The notes below the pieces were generated by a model. That model ran no database searches and was not told the origin of the DNA. It was given only the letters and a program-made list of their open reading frames with translations. Of a stretch of 20,000 nucleotides of DNA, positions 11,501-20,000 are shown piece by piece (position 1 is the first letter of the stretch; each line of letters starts with the position of its first letter). The translations under genes were made by a program, and so were the position numbers. The stretch is from Protoeuglena noctilucae (taxonomy: Eukaryota), in the NCBI GenBank assembly GCA_958009085.1, contig OY253680.1, forward strand, positions 976,576 to 996,575. Direction: 5' to 3'.

Positions 11501-14500
11501 ACCCAGGGCAGCCGCTGCCTCCCTCCCCGCCACGGCGTCCAGCCAATCCGCCTGTGCCTCGGGGGTCGTGTGCGCGGGTACTCCCTCAGGTGCATCCGCC
11601 AACGCCGGCAGGCACGCCCCCACGAGCGCCGCCCACTCGACCCCCGACTCGAGCACCCCCCGGCACACCAGGTACGCCCGGGACAGGCACGACGCGGCCA
11701 GCGACGCACGGGCGTCCGCAACGCCCTCCGCCTGCGCACCCAGTGCGTCCCCCAGCCACGCCCGCGCCACCTCGGCCACCCCCGCCGCGCACTGCCCCAG
11801 CAGCCCCGCCCCCACCGCCGCCTGTAACGCCACCGCGTAGCGCTCCCCCTCCTCCGCCGCCGCCCCTGCCCTCGCCGCCCCCCTCAGGCACCGCATCTGC
11901 TGCTCCTCCTCCCCCAGCAGCGCCCCCAGCAGCGCCACCGCCCTCTCCGCGTGGCCGCGGGGGCCGTACTGCCGGCGGAAGGCGCGCGAGGCAGCCCCCG
12001 CCGCCGCTCCCATCCACGCCCGCAGTCCCTCCACCCCCGGTCGCGGCCGCCCTGCCCCGCCCTCCCCGCCCCCCCACAGCCCCACCGATGCCGCGTGCAG
12101 CATGCACACGCGCGCCACCCGCGCCGCCTCCCCCGCCCACGCCCCCACCTCCCCCGCCCCCACCGCCTGCGCCTCTCCTTGCTTACTCGTCGCACCCCCC
12201 TCCCCCAGGTACGCATCCACCATCTCCCTCACCGCCGCCTCCAGGAACGGCACTGGGCCTGCCCTGCTGTCACTTGCTTCCTCGTCTGGTCCCGACAGCC
12301 AAGCCAGGGTCCAGGCCAGGACGGGGTTGGACGCCCCGGGGAAGAGGGGAGGGTGCTCTGGGGGTGGGAAGCCTGGCCCGCGGCCGTCGCACTGGGTGAG
12401 GGAGACGGCGCGGGGGGTGAAGAGGGGCGAGAGGGCCTCGAGGGGGAGAGCGGCGACCAGGCGCAGGGCCCGGGGGAGCAGGGCGCGGGTGGGGCGCACG
12501 GCCAGGCGGAGGGTGGCGGCGACGTGGGCGAGGAGTTTGTGGCGGACCACGGGGCCAGGCACGCGGTTGACTGCGGGGAGAGGAAGGACGAGTGAGTTAC
12601 AGAACATGGGATGCACAGGGGTGGGATGGCATACCCGGCAGCGCGTCTCACCGAGTGCCACGGCGTCGGTGAGGCGGGCGACGATGGCTGACGACAACGC
12701 GGGGGGCGCGAGTGGGGGTGCCGCCCCCCTGCTGACCCCGGCAGCCACGGCGCTGGCGGACCCCAGGCACGCGGCCAAAGCGACGCGGGACACCTGCGGA
12801 GTCGAGAAGGCGAGTTTGGCGCTGTCAGCCAGGGCTGGTTGCCAAGAGCCACAGCGCCTGTTCTCACGCCACCCCTCGCCTGTGACTTCGTGAGTGCCCC
12901 ATCCAGGATGGCCCCCACCAGGACCAGGGCGTCTTCAGGGTCCATGGATGCGGCGCGGCGGGTGAGGAAGGCAGTCGCAGCATCTCCCTCCGCCCCCTCC
13001 CAGGGCGACTGCTCCGACTGCGCGGGCCCGGCAGCGCTCGTGGGGCGGGCGAGGGCGGGGGCCAAGTGTTTGGAGACGAAGGGGGCGGGGACGGCCGCCA
13101 GTCGCTCGGGTGTCCACTCCACCTCTTGCAGAAAGCTCCCCAGCGCCATCTTGACCACCCCGACGTTGCGGTGCTGGAAGGCGCGCGCGTAGAGCACCAG
13201 CGCCCACGCGGGCGTCAGCCGGCCCTCGACCTTGGCCCACACCGTGTCCACCTCCGTGGCAGCTCCCTTCTCCTCAGCAGCTCCCTCAAGAGTGGCAACC
13301 CCCACTTGGCTAGCACCCTCCCCCGGGAACACGGCGGGCATGTCCTTCCACGCGTGCTCCACCAGCTGCAGCGAGAAGTCCTCCAGCGCCCCCAGCACCG
13401 ACTGGAAGGCCGCCCAGGGGCGGTGGGTGCGGGAGTGGCCAATCGGCACCGCCAGGCCCAGGACGTGGGCGGCGCGCTTGCGAACAAGCGTGTCGTCGCT
13501 CGCCAGTGCGGCCGGCAGCAGCGCCCACAAAGCGGGGTCGTTGCGGGCGTCCACGGGGCCGCGGCCGTCGGGGGGCAGCAGGTGCGTGCCCAGCTGCGTC
13601 AGCACTGACAGACCCAGCGCGGCCGCTGCCGGGCCCGGCAAGGACGTGGGCGGACCCCGCATTGAGCCCTCTCCCTCCCCCTCGCCCGCCGCCGCCACCT
13701 CTGCTCCCTCCCCTGCTACCCCGTCGCCGGGCGCCCACAGCGCACCCGCCCGCACGGCCGCCTCGAGCAGCCCCAGCGCCGCCGCCAGCCCCCCTCGCAG
13801 GTAGCTCCCCAGGCACTCGGCCGACGGGGCGTCGTCAGCGCCCGCCAGCGCCGCCACGGTCGGCAGCACCCCCGCCTGCAGCACGCGCCTGGCCAGGTCC
13901 TCGCCGCCCGCGCCCGCGACGCAAGCCATTGCGGGAGACTCGAACGCAGACGCCGTCCCCACCAGCGCCGCCGCCTCCCTTGCCCGCCCCGCGCCCTGCA
14001 GCGCCGCCTGGTGCAGCAGCAGCGCCACATCCTCGTGCCAGCCAACAGACGCGTCCCCCACCGCCTCGGGCAGCGGGCGGCGCGGACCAGCAGCAAACTC
14101 CTTCGCCAAAGCCTCTGCGCCAGTGTCACTGCCACCCGCCCGCTCCCCCGCCCGGTCTCTCTGCGCCATCCGCACCCGCAGCGCCGCCGCAGCCGCGGCC
14201 GACACCTCGGGTGCGGCGGTGTACCCGTCCGTGGAAGTGGAGCCCATCGCTCCCACAAGCACCCGCAGCGCCGCATCCCGAGCCGAGAGGGACAGCCCAG
14301 GGCCCGCGACGGTGGGGATGACCACGCATGCCACCAAGTGCGGCACCGATGCGGCCGGCAGGCCCGATTCCTCCACGCCCGCTGCCATCAGGGCGCCCAG
14401 GCAGGCCACGCGGACGCGACGGCGGTCTTCCTCACTGAGTCCGGGCCTGCACGCGTCCGAGGCGGCCTCCTGCGCCACCCGGACCATGCCCTCCGCATCG

Positions 14501-14607
14501 CCTGCCCCTGCTGCGCCGGAAAGGCATGCCCGCGCCACGGCGGCCCAAGAGGACGGCTCCAGACCCTCCAAAGCCTCGCCGAGGACCACCCATCGATCCA
14601 AAAGCAT
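8581..14607 (-). CDS. TARBP1: TARBP1/Trm3-like tRNA (guanosine-2'-O)-methyltransferase, SpoU/TrmH family, about 1880 aa; needs a 1-nt frame correction near 9204-9208
   Basis: Inferred exons (minus): 14607-12880, 12793-12652, 12570-10392, 10276-10119, 10020-8581. They total 5647 nt, i.e. 1882 codons after removing one base. C-terminal SpoU domain: VVVASLVDKVPNQAGLSRTCEVLG, GLEQTARS, FPPRTALVLGHERHGIP, CVEIPQVGLVRSLNVHVSGA. Upstream family motifs SPTHRGKVRLWQ, LLPWATSH, FEGCP, QRKVTP(W). Confidence 0.88.
10021..10118 (-). other. GC-AG intron in TARBP1 (98 nt)
   Basis: CAG|GCGAGG...CCCTCCCTCAG|CT in phase 1. It links the HRGKVRLWQ exon to the frame of ORF 8948-9994, and no strong GT donor of the right phase is nearby. 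Confidence 0.7.
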
Positions 14608-14930
14608 GGCGGCTCACAAATCGGCCAAGGGCGGGTCCCTGTGCAAATTAGGGCGCCCCGCGGCGCGCCGGGAACCAAGTGACGGCACCGCCACGTGTCC
14701 GATGACTCACTCGCTTTTACCTGTGTCCGCAGCTGCAAGAGCTGGGGCGCAATCGCCGCCGGCACGCACGTTTTCCTGCAGTCAGCCAGAACGCGGGCAA
14801 GCACTTGCTGGAGGGAGACCCGTCGGCGCTGAGAATTCGTGCATCGTCGGGTACGACACACAAGCTGTAGTAGCTGGGCCAACCATTGCAGCGCAACAAC
14901 AGGCACACGCAAGGGAGTCCTAAAGTTCTC
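14608..14930. promoter_or_regulatory. Putative bidirectional promoter between TARBP1 and TRF4/PAPD5
   Basis: 323 nt between divergent inferred ATGs. Positional inference only. Confidence 0.45.
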
Positions 14931-17177
<2,247 letters not shown>

Positions 17178-17262
17178 TAGTGAGTTCAACACGGCCAGCT
17201 TCTCTAACAAAGGGCGTTAGGCGCCCCTTAGGCACCCTGCCCTGCCTTGAATCGCCAGCGCC

Positions 17263-18109
17263 TCAGAGCTCCTCGGAGAAGACCGACCCAAAGGCGTAGT
17301 ACTGCGGGGGCGGGGCAGTGCAGGAAGGGTGTCAGGCCCAGCCAGGTCATCCCCCATGCATCATCTGCCCCTTCACTCCGCTCCCCTCGCCTTGTTGAGT
17401 GCGTCGGCCATGCCCCCGCACAGTCGGCGGATGACGGCCCTCAGCTCCTCATCCACCGGCCGCTGGTCGAGCTTGACGATCTCGAAGTTCTTGCCCGGCA
17501 CCTGCTTGATCTCGCCCGCCCGCACCGGCATCCCCGTCTCCGGGTCCATGTCCAGGAACTGCGCCTGCTCCGAGTGGCGGTCGTCGAAGCGGAAGGCCAT
17601 CTCCGCCACCGTCTCCCCGTTGCGAAGGATGCACACGCGGATGCCCCACAGCACGGGCTCGCCGTCCTCGTCGCGGAACGTGCTCTCCACCGTCATGGGC
17701 AGCCCGAAGTTGACCATCCCGTTGGTCGCGCACTCCACCTCCGCCCACCGGCTGACCTGGTCCATCAGGTCGTCGCGGGGGATGAAGGCGGGGATCTGCG
17801 GGGGGGGGCGACGACGGAGCGCGTCAGGGGCCAATGGCGGGCGGAGCGGGGCGCGAGCGGAGGCGCCGCGGGTCGCACCTCCGTGGCCGAAATGAGCCGT
17901 GCCTTGCTGTCCTGCACGGCGCGCAACACCCTGCGGGCCAGCGGGGTGAGGGGGCAAGGTGGAGCTGCCGATGTGCGACCGCGATGCGTGGCCGCCCAGG
18001 ACGGGGCGCGGGCGCCGCACCTCGGATGCCGGACGGGCACCGGGAGGGCGCGGACCATGGGCAGCGCGCGGGGCACGCTGGCCACGCGGCAGCAGCACGA
18101 GGCGCGCAT
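17263..18109 (-). CDS. Uncharacterised protein, about 194 aa, probably plastid-targeted
   Basis: Inferred exons (minus): 18109-18021, 17930-17879, 17795-17391, 17301-17263 (585 nt = 195 codons). Start gccATG. The N-terminus is rich in R/A/V/P/S with no acidic residues (MRASCCCRVASVPRALP...RVLRA), like a transit peptide. The body IPAFIPRDDLMDQVSRWA...NFGLP...LNKYYAFGSVFSEEL has strongly GC3-biased codons. Confidence 0.8.
17302..17390 (-). other. GC-AG intron in the putative plastid protein gene (89 nt)
   Basis: AAG|GCGAGG...CTGAC...GCCCCCGCAG|TAC joins ALNK to YYAFGSVFSEEL*. The nearest GT is in the wrong phase. Confidence 0.82.
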
Positions 18110-19765
18110 GGCGAGGCTGGTGGAGACGCAACCTGCGAGGGCGACGTCGCAATCCATGCCGCCGGCGGAGAGACGCGCCAGTGCGGCTGTGAAACACGCG
18201 CACCGGCCGCACCTCGATTTATCTTGTTCCCGCGCGTAGCTCTTTGGATAAGCGAGCTTCTTGACGATCCGGCAGGTGACGTTTTGCACGAGGACTGCGG
18301 CAGAGGGGGGAAGCGCGGCCGGGGTGGGCGCGGGGAGCCGGAGACGCCGCAGAGGGGCGGGGAGGAAACGCTGTAGTCGCGAGCGCATCGCCCGCCTCCC
18401 CCGCGGGCGAGCGGCATGGCACGAGGTCACTGCGACAGACGGCTGCGTGAGAGCCGCCCGAGTCGACCAGGTCGCGCGCGTTCCAAGCACCTGCTCTCAG
18501 CTGGACTCCGGTAGGATGTTCCGCGTCACGACCGGTCACGAACACCTGCACTGAGCGATGTGTGCGCTGCAGCCGGCGCTCATGAGGAGCCGCGAGCTCG
18601 TTTTGCCCATGCCAGAAGCCGCAAGTTGGTTGACGCCCGCACTGCGAGCGCTACGCCTGGACACGAGTCGTTTATGGGGCCTGAATCGCCGCACAATTTC
18701 AAGAGCGCTCTTTGATTCCTTTCCTCTGCTTTCTGCCGAGCCTGCTGAAATCTAAAGGAGTTTCTCTGCCGAAGATCCCGCACATACTGAGTATCAAATA
18801 TGAATGAGGAGATGGTGGTGTCGTCTGGTCCATCTAGCTGCCGTGCTTGACGGGCAACGTTGTCCCGCCGCACACGCTTGGCAGCTGGTGCGCTGTGAGT
18901 CGCGCAAGCAACTACCGAGTGTCCTGAACCGTCCAGTGACACATAGTGACCAGCCAGGCGTCCTGGTCACGTCAGGCGCGACGGCTCCGACGGAGAACGA
19001 CGGGCTCGCCGCCCGCCTGGGGCAGCGGCCGCTACCGCGGGCTGGTGAAGAGCCCCGTGCGCCCCATGCCGCCCGTGCTAAGGGCGTGGCCCAAGTCCAG
19101 CTGAGGTTCCTCTCTGGGCCATGTGTACCCCCCTATGCACCAGCGGGGGTGGCGCCCCCCCACTGCGGGGTGCGCAATTGAGCGACCTGAGAGGCGGGGT
19201 CTGCCGGAGCCCACGCGTGGAGGTGGCTTTCTGGGTGGCATAGGCAGATCGAGCACGTGGCTGGGGCTGCATTTGCTGCGTGAGGCGAGGCCGTGGCTTG
19301 GCTTGGCTCGGCAGGCAGCTGGGGCCCTGCGCGCGCTAAAATGAAAAGCTGAGTGCAGCGGACAGTAGCGCTGGCAAGTATGCTCGTTGGCAGCAATGAT
19401 TTGCTGTCGGGGAGTAAAGAACGCGGTGAGGCACGCATGGCGAGACCATGGGTGGACAGCCGCTGTGGGTGAGAGCTCAGCGTCGCAGAGGCCAGAGGGC
19501 TGGTGTGCTGGACGGTTCGGAGGTGGCTGGGTGTTGCTGCAGTGGCTCAGGCCAGCATCGTGGGGGCGGGACCATGGCCAGCGTTGACGTCGCTGTGCGA
19601 TGCGGCGGATGGGCTGGCCAAGCTCATGCCTGGCAGGGAACTGGCATGAAAGAGGCTCATGTTGCTGCGTCTTTGATGCTGCTTTGTGCAATTTGCTGCA
19701 GGCGGCTGGGCTGTCGCAGCAGCGTGCTGGTTGGGTGGGCAGGAGTGCAAGGAGCGCTGATGCAG

Positions 19766-19831
19766 TTAGGGTTAGGTAAGGGTCAGGTAGGGTTAGGTTA
19801 GGGGTAGTAGGTTAGGTAGGTTAGGGTTAGG
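19766..19831 (+). repeat. Degenerate proximal telomeric repeats
   Basis: TTAGGG TTAGG TAAGGG TCAGG TAGGG TTAGG TTAGGGG TAG TAGG TTAGG TAGG TTAGGG TTAGG. Confidence 0.95.
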
Positions 19832-20000
19832 TTAGGGTTAGGGTTAGGGTTAGGGTTAGGGTTAGGGTTAGGGTTAGGGTTAGGGTTAGGGTTAGGGTTA
19901 GGGTTAGGGTTAGGGTTAGGGTTAGGGTTAGGGTTAGGGTTAGGGTTAGGGTTAGGGTTAGGGTTAGGGTTAGGGTTAGGGTTAGGGTTAGGGTTAGGGT
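19832..20000 (+). repeat. Telomere, (TTAGGG)28, right chromosome end
   Basis: Perfect TTAGGG array to the end of the window, with the G-rich strand running 5'->3' toward the end. Confidence 0.98.

Noticed and set aside
10033..12399. Long Pro/Ala-rich plus-strand ORFs (487, 505, 316, 281 aa) resembling extensins
   Set aside because: They are antisense shadows of the G-rich TARBP1 exon 3. Stops are rare at this GC content and they carry no independent motifs.
19624..19649. 7-bp inverted repeat TCATGCC...GGCATGA
   Set aside because: Too short to exceed chance and has no supporting context.
19032..19801. Subtelomeric ORFs (219, 117, 101 aa) as retroelement or helicase remnants
   Set aside because: No RT, integrase, transposase or helicase motifs, and codon usage is unlike the real exons.

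Overview
GC-rich eukaryotic chromosome end, most likely a green alga (inferred from plant-like protein motifs and a transit-peptide-like N-terminus; the standard genetic code fits). Five intron-containing genes can be reconstructed by hand, in order: (1) a 3'-truncated ZNFX1/Hrr1-like UPF1-family SF1 RNA helicase (minus, <1-5630); (2) a CMGC/DYRK-like protein kinase (plus, 6091-8365); (3) a TARBP1/Trm3 SpoU tRNA 2'-O-methyltransferase (minus, 8581-14607) with an apparent 1-nt frameshift just before its catalytic domain; (4) a TRF4/PAPD5 non-canonical poly(A) polymerase (plus, 14931-17177); (5) a small putative plastid protein of unknown function (minus, 17263-18109). About 1.65 kb of unexplained subtelomeric DNA follows, then a TTAGGG telomere (19766-20000). 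The most striking signal is in the splicing: 7-8 of the 29 inferred coding-region introns use a GC donor with the invariant context AG|GCGAG. Most long ORFs in the supplied track are shadow or antisense ORFs caused by high GC. All gene models come from manual reading and have not been checked against transcripts or databases.
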